From: a virus
Lineage: Duplodnaviria; Heunggongvirae; Uroviricota; Caudoviricetes
DNA length: 5,675 nt
Virus record (IMG/VR): IMGVR_UViG_2695420514_000021
Reading direction: 5' to 3' (one strand)
Shown here: positions 1 to 5,675 of the stretch, piece after piece
How the letters are laid out: each line of letters begins with the position of its first letter
Numbering within the stretch: the stretch's first letter is position 1
The notes under the pieces: generated by a model
What the model was told of the DNA's origin: nothing
Databases searched by the model: none
The model's input: only the letters and a program-made list of their open reading frames with translations
Program-made: the position numbers and the translations under genes

Positions 1-756
1 GAAATTATCAGTAAGATTGGTGCCGATGCTGTGGCATTGCCTGAGAATTTCCGCATTCATGATCTGGAAAAATTTAATTTAAATCGCTTCCGTTTCCGTG
101 GTGCGCTTTCCACTGCCAGCATCGATGACTTTACCCGTTATTCTAAAGATCTTGCAGATGAAGGCACCCGCTGCTTTATCGATGCCGATAATATGCGAGC
201 AGTCAGTGTGCTTAACCTGGGTACTATTGATGAACCAGGTCACGCAGATAACACCGCCACTCTCAAACTGAAAAAGACAGCACCGTTCTCTGCCCTGTTG
301 TCTGTTAACGGCGAGCGTAACTCCCAGAAGTCACTGGCAGAATGGATTGAAGACTGGGCCGACTACCTTGTGGGCTTTGATGCTAATGGTGACGCTATTC
401 AGGCAACAAAAGCGGCTGCGGCGGTCCGTAAAATCACGATTGAAGCAAACCAGACCGCTGATTTTGAAGATAATGACTTCAGCGGCAAACGCTCCCTGAT
501 GGAGTCTGTCGAAGCGAAGACCAAAGACATTATGCCAGTGGCATTTGAATTTAAATGCGTTCCGTTTGAAGGTCTGAAAGAACGTCCATTTAAATTACGC
601 CTCAGCATTATCACTGGCGATCGTCCTGTACTGGTTCTGCGCATTATTCAGCTGGAAGCGGTGCAGGAAGAAATGGCTAACGAATTTCGTGATCTGCTTG
701 TTGAGAAATTTAAAGACAGCAAAGTAGAAACCTTTATTGGTACTTTCACCGCCTGA
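1..756 (+). CDS. yfdQ: YfdQ-like prophage protein (DUF2303 family), 5'-truncated by the window edge
   Basis: The open frame runs in-frame from nt 1 ([17 protein letters not shown]...) to TGA at 754-756, so the GTG at 31 is internal, not the start. The translation matches my recollection of CPS-53 YfdQ, and the gene sits directly upstream of yfdR/yfdS-like genes as in K-12. Confidence 0.8.
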   Translation, partial: EIISKIGADAVALPENFRIHDLEKFNLNRFRFRGALSTASIDDFTRYSKDLADEGTRCFIDADNMRAVSVLNLGTIDEPGHADNTATLKLKKTAPFSALLSVNGERNSQKSLAEWIEDWADYLVGFDANGDAIQATKAAAAVRKITIEANQTADFEDNDFSGKRSLMESVEAKTKDIMPVAFEFKCVPFEGLKERPFKLRLSIITGDRPVLVLRIIQLEAVQEEMANEFRDLLVEKFKDSKVETFIGTFTA

Positions 757-768
757 TTTCATTACTGC

Positions 769-795
769 AAATGCCCCTGCGGGGGCATTTATGGA
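769..795 (+). terminator. Putative rho-independent terminator or attenuator hairpin after the yfdQ-like gene
   Basis: Perfect inverted repeat AATGCCCC (770-777), loop TGCG, GGGGCATT (782-789), followed by TTAT. The U-tract is short, so it may be a partial terminator or processing site within the operon. Confidence 0.45.
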
Positions 796-883
796 AACAT
801 AATTTACTCAATAATCGCCGGATAGTGAGGGCTTCCTTTTACCAGAATTCAGCGCGGTGCAGCGCATATACGTGGAGAACAAA

Positions 884-1420
884 ATGTCATTTATTAAAAC
901 TTTTTCCGGGAAGCATTTTTATTATGACAGGATAAATAAAGACGACATCGTTATTAACGATATCGCGGTTTCCCTTTCAAATATCTGTCGCTTTGCAGGA
1001 CATCTTTCACACTTCTACAGCGTCGCCCAACATGCGGTGCTTTGCAGCCAGCTGGTACCGCAGGAATTTGCTTTTGAAGCGTTAATGCATGATGCAACAG
1101 AAGCATATTGCCAGGACATCCCCGCACCACTGAAACGCCTTCTTCCTGACTATAAACGGATGGAAGAAAAAATAGACGCCGTAATCCGTGAGAAATACGG
1201 GTTACCTCCTGTTATGAGCACGCCAGTGAAATATGCCGATCTCATTATGCTGGCAACCGAACGCCGCGATCTCGGGCTTGATGATGGCTCTTTCTGGCCT
1301 GTACTGGAAGGTATCCCGGCGACAGAGATGTTCAAAGTTATTCCACTGTCACCAGGCCATGCCTACGGGATGTTTATGGAACGTTTTAACGAGTTATCGG
1401 AGTTACGCAAATGCGCATGA
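884..1420 (+). CDS. yfdR: HD-domain phosphohydrolase (5'-deoxynucleotidase YfdR-like), 178 aa
   Basis: ATG at 884 is preceded by GGAGA at 873-877. The translation has a His...His-Asp signature (GHLSH; MHD at codons 68-70, nt 1085-1093) typical of HD phosphohydrolases. Length and sequence match my recollection of CPS-53 YfdR. The in-frame ATG at 857 lacks a good RBS. Confidence 0.88.
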   Translation: MSFIKTFSGKHFYYDRINKDDIVINDIAVSLSNICRFAGHLSHFYSVAQHAVLCSQLVPQEFAFEALMHDATEAYCQDIPAPLKRLLPDYKRMEEKIDAVIREKYGLPPVMSTPVKYADLIMLATERRDLGLDDGSFWPVLEGIPATEMFKVIPLSPGHAYGMFMERFNELSELRKCA

Positions 1421-1773
1421 ATGTTTTCGAAATGGAAGGGTTTCTTCGCGGGAAATGTGTACCGCGAGATCTGAAAGTGAACGAAACAAATGCTGAGTAC
1501 CTGGTACGTAAATTCGATGCGCTTGAAGCTAAATGTACGGCACTGGAAAACAAAATAATACCAGTGTCAGCTGAACTGCCACCAGCAAATGAAAGTGTTC
1601 TGTTATTTGATGCTAACGGAGAAGGCTGGCTAATTGGCTGGCGTTCTCTCTGGTACACCTGGGGACAAAAAGAAACCGGAGAATGGCAGTGGACATTTCA
1701 GGTCGGGGACCTTGAAAACGTCAATATCACTCACTGGGCAGTAATGCCGAAAGCACCGGAGAATAAGAAATGA
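1411..1773 (+). CDS. yfdS: YfdS-like prophage protein (DUF551-type), 120 aa
   Basis: ATG at 1411 with GGAG at 1399-1402. It overlaps the yfdR stop (TGA 1418-1420), indicating translational coupling. A Trp-rich C-terminus (GWLIGWRSLWYTWGQKETGEWQW) is typical of this family. A start at ATG 1417 is an alternative. Confidence 0.8.
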   Translation: MRMNVFEMEGFLRGKCVPRDLKVNETNAEYLVRKFDALEAKCTALENKIIPVSAELPPANESVLLFDANGEGWLIGWRSLWYTWGQKETGEWQWTFQVGDLENVNITHWAVMPKAPENKK

Positions 1774-1973
1774 GCGTGATAAAAACTCATACAGGAATTG
1801 TTATCACCCGAGACGGTCCGCAGGTAAAAAAACTGCACCAGACAAAGCGGATGTGGGTCGTCGGAAAAAACGAGTTTTACCACAAAGAAACCGGACGCCG
1901 CCACTTTGCAGAAAATACGCGCCGCCGACTGCTGATCGACAGCATCAAGCCTATCGAGGTGAAGCATGTTTAA
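1770..1973 (+). CDS. Small hypothetical phage protein, 67 aa, basic
   Basis: ATG at 1770 overlaps the yfdS stop (ATGA at 1770-1773). GGAGA at 1758-1762 gives RBS spacing of about 7 nt. Coding is supported mainly by the coupled arrangement; no family recognised. Confidence 0.55.
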   Translation: MSVIKTHTGIVITRDGPQVKKLHQTKRMWVVGKNEFYHKETGRRHFAENTRRRLLIDSIKPIEVKHV

Positions 1974-2205
1974 ACAGAACGAAAAATCTATCGCTCAAAT
2001 TGCTGAGTATATCCCGCGTGCGTGCCGGGGTATGCAGTTGCAGGAAGCCAAAGCGCGCCTGGAGAAAAAAATTGCGCTCTATATCGATGACGGCTGTGAT
2101 GCTGCCGTTCTTAACGCAGCGTTCGCGCCAGCTCTTAACAGTCATACGCGGGAGTCTTTTTTTTCGCGCATCGCAGCGCAGATCCGTAAAGGAGGCAACC
2201 AGTGA
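1966..2205 (+). CDS. Small hypothetical phage protein, 79 aa
   Basis: ATG at 1966 overlaps the preceding stop (TAA 1971-1973) and is preceded by GAGGTGAAGC. The gene ends in a GTGA overlap with the next gene. No family recognised. Confidence 0.6.
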   Translation: MFKQNEKSIAQIAEYIPRACRGMQLQEAKARLEKKIALYIDDGCDAAVLNAAFAPALNSHTRESFFSRIAAQIRKGGNQ

Positions 2206-2756
2206 GCGAGATTAACTATCAGGCTCTGCGACTGGCGGCAGAAAATGCAACACCAGGCGAATGGTGTGCTGATGACTACCATGGAGTAATTGCCGATGCC
2301 GGACTGAACGCCAATTACTACATAGCATCATGCTCAGGACCAGATAATCGCGCCAATAAACGATTCATAGCCGCCGCCAATCCTGCCACCGTCTTGGCGC
2401 TGCTGGATGAGCTGGAAGCAGCAGAGAAGCGAAACGCTGAATTACAAAGCGAGAATGCATACATCCGCAACCGGTACAAAGAACTGGACCTATTAATCGG
2501 GAAAAACATTCTGGTCATGCAGGCTGCCATTATCGAATGGCAGGCAACTGGCGACGCTAAGAGCGGACTGGCATGGATTTATAACACACTGTTTGGCCCT
2601 GGCGAATTACCGGACGAATCTGAGAAAGATGCTCAGGCCTACTTTAATCGCAAATATGCACCGATTGACGAAAAGCTTATGGCGCTTCACAAGTGGTTTT
2701 GGGAACAAAGTGAAGCCGAGCGCGCCGCCGCCAACATTGGTGTGAAGGGGAAGTGA
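2202..2756 (+). CDS. Ead/Ea22-like family protein, 184 aa
   Basis: GTG start at 2202 with a strong RBS AAAGGAGG at 2188-2195. The N-terminus (MSEINYQALR..AENATPGEW) and the DNRANKRFIAAANPATVLALLDELEAAEKRNAELQ segment resemble Ead/Ea22-like proteins of lambdoid prophages as I recall them. A central segment looks coiled-coil. Confidence 0.7.
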   Translation: MSEINYQALRLAAENATPGEWCADDYHGVIADAGLNANYYIASCSGPDNRANKRFIAAANPATVLALLDELEAAEKRNAELQSENAYIRNRYKELDLLIGKNILVMQAAIIEWQATGDAKSGLAWIYNTLFGPGELPDESEKDAQAYFNRKYAPIDEKLMALHKWFWEQSEAERAAANIGVKGK

Positions 2757-2757
2757 G

Positions 2758-2949
2758 ATGAACGGACAAATCTCAATTGTTCGACCGGGAGCATGTGACG
2801 ATTGCGAGATACGAATGATTATTCGTCTGGCGAGGGGGAAAACAATAACTGCTCTCATTACTCCTGAAAATCTCGCATTAGCATTAACAGGAAAGTCAGA
2901 CCTGCCAGTAGAGCTAAAGCTGCGAAATATTGAGATTAAAGTGAAATAG
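2758..2949 (+). CDS. Small hypothetical phage protein, 63 aa
   Basis: ATG at 2758 lies 1 nt after the upstream stop (TGA 2754-2756), with GAAGGGGAAG just upstream as RBS. No family recognised. Confidence 0.5.
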   Translation: MNGQISIVRPGACDDCEIRMIIRLARGKTITALITPENLALALTGKSDLPVELKLRNIEIKVK

Positions 2950-2951
2950 TT

Positions 2952-3719
2952 ATGAATACTCTTACCAAAGAATGGTTACAGAACACGATTACCAGCATTG
3001 AGTCAGCACGGGATGAAATACCGTTCGGACTCGATGAAGATCAAAACAACATGCTTACCGCATTAAAAATTGCACTGGCATCACTGGCAGCAGTATCAGA
3101 TGAACGAGCAGCCTATGAATTATTTATGGAGAAGCGTTTCGGGGAATCTGTAGATCGTCGCAGAGCAAAAAATGGCGATTGCGAATACATGGCATGGGAT
3201 ATGGCGCTTGGCTGGATTATCTGGTGTCACCGCACCGCCATGCTTCAGGGTAACCAACCTGTAAGCCAAACTTACAAGTTTCCACAAACGCAGTTTGAAG
3301 AGGTTGCTGACCTCTACGAAATGCAATTTGATGACGGACGCACTTGTGCCTTTCATAGTGATGTGCAAAAGGCTGCACAATGGCTTCAGGCATGCGACGG
3401 AAACAGGGTTCAGGAATACGTGAAGTTGGAACGATTGCAGAACGCGCTGTCTGATAACTCTCCAGTAACTCCGGATGGTTGGGTTATGGTTCCGAAGAAA
3501 CTAACCGCTGAGAACGGCGCTAAAGGTGTGCTATCCGGTGAATTTTCAGAATCTACGTTTATAAGCTGCCCGGAATGTTTTGGCGATGATGATTGCGATA
3601 CCTGTGACGGGAGCGGACGTATTGAAATTAAAGTGCCAGTCACGTGGTCGACCATAAAATCTATCTGGGATAAAGGTATCGAGTATTTTGCAGCAAAACC
3701 ATCACAAGAGGTGAAGTGA
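2952..3719 (+). CDS. Hypothetical phage protein, 255 aa, with a C-terminal DnaJ-type zinc-ribbon-like motif
   Basis: Long ORF with ATG at 2952, 2 nt after the upstream stop. The motif CPECFGDDDCDTCDGSG at nt 3567-3617 contains a CxxCxGxG unit plus a second CxxC. The RBS is weak, so the exact start is uncertain. Confidence 0.75.
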   Translation: MNTLTKEWLQNTITSIESARDEIPFGLDEDQNNMLTALKIALASLAAVSDERAAYELFMEKRFGESVDRRRAKNGDCEYMAWDMALGWIIWCHRTAMLQGNQPVSQTYKFPQTQFEEVADLYEMQFDDGRTCAFHSDVQKAAQWLQACDGNRVQEYVKLERLQNALSDNSPVTPDGWVMVPKKLTAENGAKGVLSGEFSESTFISCPECFGDDDCDTCDGSGRIEIKVPVTWSTIKSIWDKGIEYFAAKPSQEVK

Positions 3720-4291
3720 TGAACAACTTAATGATCGACCTTGAGACGATGGGGAAAAATAAGGATGCACCGATCGTTTCCATTGGCGCGGTGTTCTTCA
3801 CTCCAGAAACCGGAGACATCGGACAAGAATTCTATGCGGTTGTCAGCCTAGACAGTGCTATGAAGCAAGGAGCTACACCTGACGGCGATACCATCCTGTG
3901 GTGGTTGAAACAAAGCCCTGAAGCGCGAGCTGCAATCTGTATTGATGATACTTTGTCGATCAGCGATGCTCTCTCAGAACTAAACCATTTCATTAACCGG
4001 CACGCAGACAATACGAAATATTTAAAAGTCTGGGGTAACGGGGCCACCTTCGACAACGTAATTTTACGTGGAGCTTATGAGCGAGCAGGACAAATCTGCC
4101 CGTGGGCGTACTGGAATGACCACGATGTACGCACGATCGTTACGCTTGGGCGTTCCATCGGATTCGACCCCAAAATGGACATGCCTTTCGATGGCGAACG
4201 GCACAACGCCCTGGCTGATGCCCGTCATCAGGCAAAATATGTTTCCGCTATCTGGCAGAAATTAATTCCTGCCACCAGCACAGAATTATGA
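3719..4291 (+). CDS. Prophage 3'-5' exonuclease of the DEDDh (DnaQ-like) superfamily, 190 aa
   Basis: ATG at 3719 (the GTG at 3716 overlaps the upstream TGA), with GAGGTG at 3706-3711 as RBS. The translation shows Exo I (MIDLETMG), Exo II (WGNGATFDNVIL) and Exo III (HNALADARH, HxxxxD) motifs in the expected order. This small exonuclease is a conserved resident next to xis/int in lambdoid prophages; the truncated ypdJ of K-12 is the equivalent remnant, as far as I recall. Confidence 0.85.
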   Translation: MNNLMIDLETMGKNKDAPIVSIGAVFFTPETGDIGQEFYAVVSLDSAMKQGATPDGDTILWWLKQSPEARAAICIDDTLSISDALSELNHFINRHADNTKYLKVWGNGATFDNVILRGAYERAGQICPWAYWNDHDVRTIVTLGRSIGFDPKMDMPFDGERHNALADARHQAKYVSAIWQKLIPATSTEL

Positions 4292-4327
4292 TTTTCCCGG
4301 GTGCAGCCGGTTTTGATGGAGAAAATT

Positions 4328-4597
4328 ATGAACACCTTGTTTTTACTGATGGCTGAATTCAATACCCCAAACATTGAACTCTCAGCAGTTAGTCAAAAAT
4401 ACTTTGGTATGAGTCCAGCCACAGCAGAAGCAAAAGCAAACGCTTGTAAGTTGCCTGTACCTACATATCGCATCGGTACATCACAAAAAGCAAAACGCTG
4501 CATCAACATTCAGGATCTTGCGGAATATATTGACAAAAGACGGGAAGAAGGGCGAGCTGAGTGGGAAAAAGTCAGAACGGAAAAAAAATATAACTAA
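4328..4597 (+). CDS. Excisionase-like DNA-binding protein (PrtN/AlpA-type), 89 aa
   Basis: ATG at 4328 with GGAG at 4317-4320. The N-terminus MNTLFLLMAEF and the ...SQKAKRCINIQDLAEYIDKRREEG segment resemble the PrtN family as I recall it. It is the last gene of the + strand operon, the canonical xis position. The in-frame ATG at 4301 lacks an RBS. Confidence 0.75.
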   Translation: MNTLFLLMAEFNTPNIELSAVSQKYFGMSPATAEAKANACKLPVPTYRIGTSQKAKRCINIQDLAEYIDKRREEGRAEWEKVRTEKKYN

Positions 4598-4610
4598 ACT
4601 AAAACTATGG

Positions 4611-4642
4611 ATAACCCGTATATGTACGGGTTATTTTTCTTT
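4611..4642. terminator. Rho-independent terminator between convergent genes, probably bidirectional
   Basis: Stem AACCCGTA (4613-4620), loop TATG, TACGGGTT (4625-4632), followed on the + strand by ATTTTTCTTTAT. On the - strand the T-tract is poorer and starts a few nt after the stem. The TAA stop of the - strand gene (4631-4633) lies inside the stem. Confidence 0.7.
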
Positions 4643-5179
4643 ATCACTATCTTTTCTTGATTTGAACAATCCACTAACAACGAAACCAACCAAACCAACA
4701 ATACTAATTGTACTTGTACCTAGTAATGCAACGATCGCTTCAACTGGAGGCTTTCCTTCATGTGCAATAAGAAACGATGTAAACATTGCGACAACGAATA
4801 AGCACCAACACGACATAAACCAAACCGTGAATGATGCCATTTTTGTCCGGAGCTCATTGTCTATTTCTTTACCAGTTGCGTCAGCTATCTTATCCCGTAC
4901 TTGTGATTTGAGCATATCAAGCTGAGCTTGAAGACTGTCCATTCTGTTCTGCTGCATAAACTCATGCAATGCACCAGTATTAGAACCAAACTCTTCTTCC
5001 TCCAGAATAGCCTTATTTTCTGAAGAAGAATCATCATCGCGTTCATGATTAGACGGCTCAAATGCGGATTCAAAAGCCTGCTCTTGACTGTCAGTAGAGT
5101 TTAAGGATGCTTCAGAGCGACCATTTTCAACACCTGCGGCCGCTCCGATCAGTTTATAGATATCTGAATTATGAGACAT
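4631..5179 (-). CDS. Hypothetical membrane protein, 182 aa: acidic Ser/Glu/Asp-rich N-terminal domain plus two predicted C-terminal TM helices; candidate toxin/effector partner of the upstream Panacea-like gene
   Basis: ATG at 5179-5177 (- strand) preceded by AGGGATGAC, stop TAA at 4633-4631. The N-terminal roughly 110 aa are hydrophilic and acidic (ERDDDSSSENKAILEEEEFG) with a likely helical stretch (MDSLQAQLDMLKSQVRDKIADATG). Two hydrophobic stretches follow (FTVWFMSCWCLFVVAMFTSFLIA and AIVALLGTSTISIVGLVGFVVSGLF, about nt 4664-4831). No family recognised. Confidence 0.72.
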   Translation of the reverse strand: MSHNSDIYKLIGAAAGVENGRSEASLNSTDSQEQAFESAFEPSNHERDDDSSSENKAILEEEEFGSNTGALHEFMQQNRMDSLQAQLDMLKSQVRDKIADATGKEIDNELRTKMASFTVWFMSCWCLFVVAMFTSFLIAHEGKPPVEAIVALLGTSTISIVGLVGFVVSGLFKSRKDSDKEK

Positions 5180-5201
5180 GTCATCCCTGAATATTACTTT
5201 T

Positions 5202-5675
5202 TCAGAGGCCCTGACATTGCTGTCGGTTATTCAATAAATCATGATAATAAGCCTTGATCGCATCATTTGAGATGATCGACGAGCCAATACCATTATAAGC
5301 TTGTGACCAAGGCGTACCTGGCATATGAGTTAGAGTTGATAACTCAATTCCATTTTTCGAGCCGTAAAACTTATAAACAGCCCCGATAATGCTCTCTGCT
5401 TGCGGATCCATAGTAACGATGCCACCAAAAGGAGCTACTGCTACATTCGTAACAGGTTTATTCCCATAGTCTTTGAAAGCATCGTACATTCCAGGAATAA
5501 CTGGACCGTACTTCCACGCGGAGACACATTCATTGAGCAAAGGCTTACCTGTTAATGCTAAATAGTAACCATGGGCAATATAAGTAAGCTTCTGCAGTTG
5601 CATGTGGGTCAGAGGATTATGATGTTGGTTTCCCAACGTTATGAATTTATTGGCTATTTGTACCGGACTGTACAT
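5202..5675 (-). CDS. Panacea-domain (DUF4065; COG3600/GepA, SocA-like) protein, 157 aa; putative antitoxin or adaptor
   Basis: The ATG is the last three nt of the window (5675-5673, - strand), stop TGA at 5204-5202. The N-terminus MYSPVQIANKFI and the core LQKLTYIAHGYYLALTGKPLLNECVSAWKYGPVIPGMYDAFKDYG (about nt 5484-5600) match the Panacea/DUF4065 pattern as I recall it. The ORF could extend beyond the window edge, since no upstream stop or RBS is visible. Confidence 0.75.
   Translation of the reverse strand: MYSPVQIANKFITLGNQHHNPLTHMQLQKLTYIAHGYYLALTGKPLLNECVSAWKYGPVIPGMYDAFKDYGNKPVTNVAVAPFGGIVTMDPQAESIIGAVYKFYGSKNGIELSTLTHMPGTPWSQAYNGIGSSIISNDAIKAYYHDLLNNRQQCQGL

Larger units (their letters stand above)
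1..5675. mobile_element. Partial lambdoid (CPS-53/KplE1-like) prophage: early/recombination region plus an adjacent moron
   Basis: Gene content and order (yfdQ/R/S-like, Ea22-like, DEDDh exonuclease, excisionase-like), with overlapping start/stop junctions typical of phage early operons. No integrase or att site lies inside the window, so boundaries are unknown. Confidence 0.7.

Noticed and set aside
399-644. Antisense and overlapping ORFs inside annotated genes: 399-644(-), 1150-1335(-), 1233-1496(+), 1386-1658(-), 1731-1967(-), 1951-2145(-), 2318-2530(-), 2607-2858(-), 3120-3380(-), 3410-3655(-), 3832-4056(-), 4068-4265(+), 4885-5073(-)
   Set aside because: Each lies wholly within, and out of frame or antisense to, a longer ORF with recognisable protein features or coupled gene structure. 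None has a convincing RBS or recognisable translation.
31-756. GTG at 31 as the start of the first ORF
   Set aside because: The frame is open from nt 1 and the upstream codons read as sensible protein, so the gene is 5'-truncated by the window rather than starting at 31.
857-883. ATG at 857 as an extended start for yfdR
   Set aside because: It has no RBS, whereas ATG 884 has GGAGA at good spacing and gives the 178-aa length I recall for YfdR.
757-883. Possible sigma-70 promoter in the yfdQ-yfdR intergenic region (TTTACT around 803-808)
   Set aside because: No convincing -10 hexamer at 16-18 bp spacing by eye, so I cannot support a promoter call. The region may hold only the hairpin and the yfdR RBS.
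1853-2215. 120-aa + strand ORF (MGRRKKRVLPQ..., Arg-rich) overlapping the 67-aa and 79-aa genes in another frame
   Set aside because: It has no RBS and its Arg-rich, low-complexity composition is typical of an off-frame read through GC-rich coding sequence. The two coupled in-frame small genes explain the region better.
4301-4327. ATG at 4301 (MQPVLMEKI...) as the xis start
   Set aside because: It lies 10 nt after the exonuclease stop with no RBS. ATG 4328 has GGAG upstream and yields the MNTLF N-terminus typical of PrtN-like proteins.
4594-4610. Short direct repeat AACTAAACTAAAACT just upstream of the terminator, considered as a possible att core or binding site
   Set aside because: Too short and AT-rich to distinguish from chance, and there is no flanking tRNA or integrase in the window to anchor an att assignment.
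4518-4925. 135-aa + strand ORF spanning the end of xis, the terminator and the antisense of the membrane-protein gene
   Set aside because: It crosses a strong terminator hairpin, is antisense to a better-supported gene, and has a low-complexity translation with no RBS. Likely a shadow ORF.
1-5675. CRISPR arrays, tRNA/rRNA genes, IS elements
   Set aside because: No regularly spaced direct repeats, no tRNA-like cloverleaf candidates and no terminal inverted repeats or transposase-like ORFs were seen on manual inspection.

Overview
The window looks like the int-proximal early (recombination) arm of a lambdoid prophage from an enterobacterium, related to the E. coli K-12 cryptic prophage CPS-53/KplE1. 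The + strand carries one tightly packed operon: a 5'-truncated yfdQ-like gene, yfdR (HD-domain phosphohydrolase), yfdS, two small ORFs, an Ead/Ea22-like protein, another small ORF, a 255-aa protein with a C-terminal zinc-ribbon motif, a DEDDh 3'-5' exonuclease and a PrtN/AlpA-type excisionase-like gene. It ends at a hairpin terminator at about 4611-4642. Downstream lies a convergent, AT-rich two-gene module on the - strand: a Panacea (DUF4065)-like protein followed 22 bp later by an unassigned protein with an acidic N-terminus and two predicted C-terminal transmembrane helices. I read this pair as a horizontally acquired moron and a candidate toxin-antitoxin or anti-phage module; it is the most interesting part of the window. 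No rRNA, tRNA, CRISPR array, integrase or att site was found. All family assignments come from reading the translations by eye and recalling known families, not from a database search.
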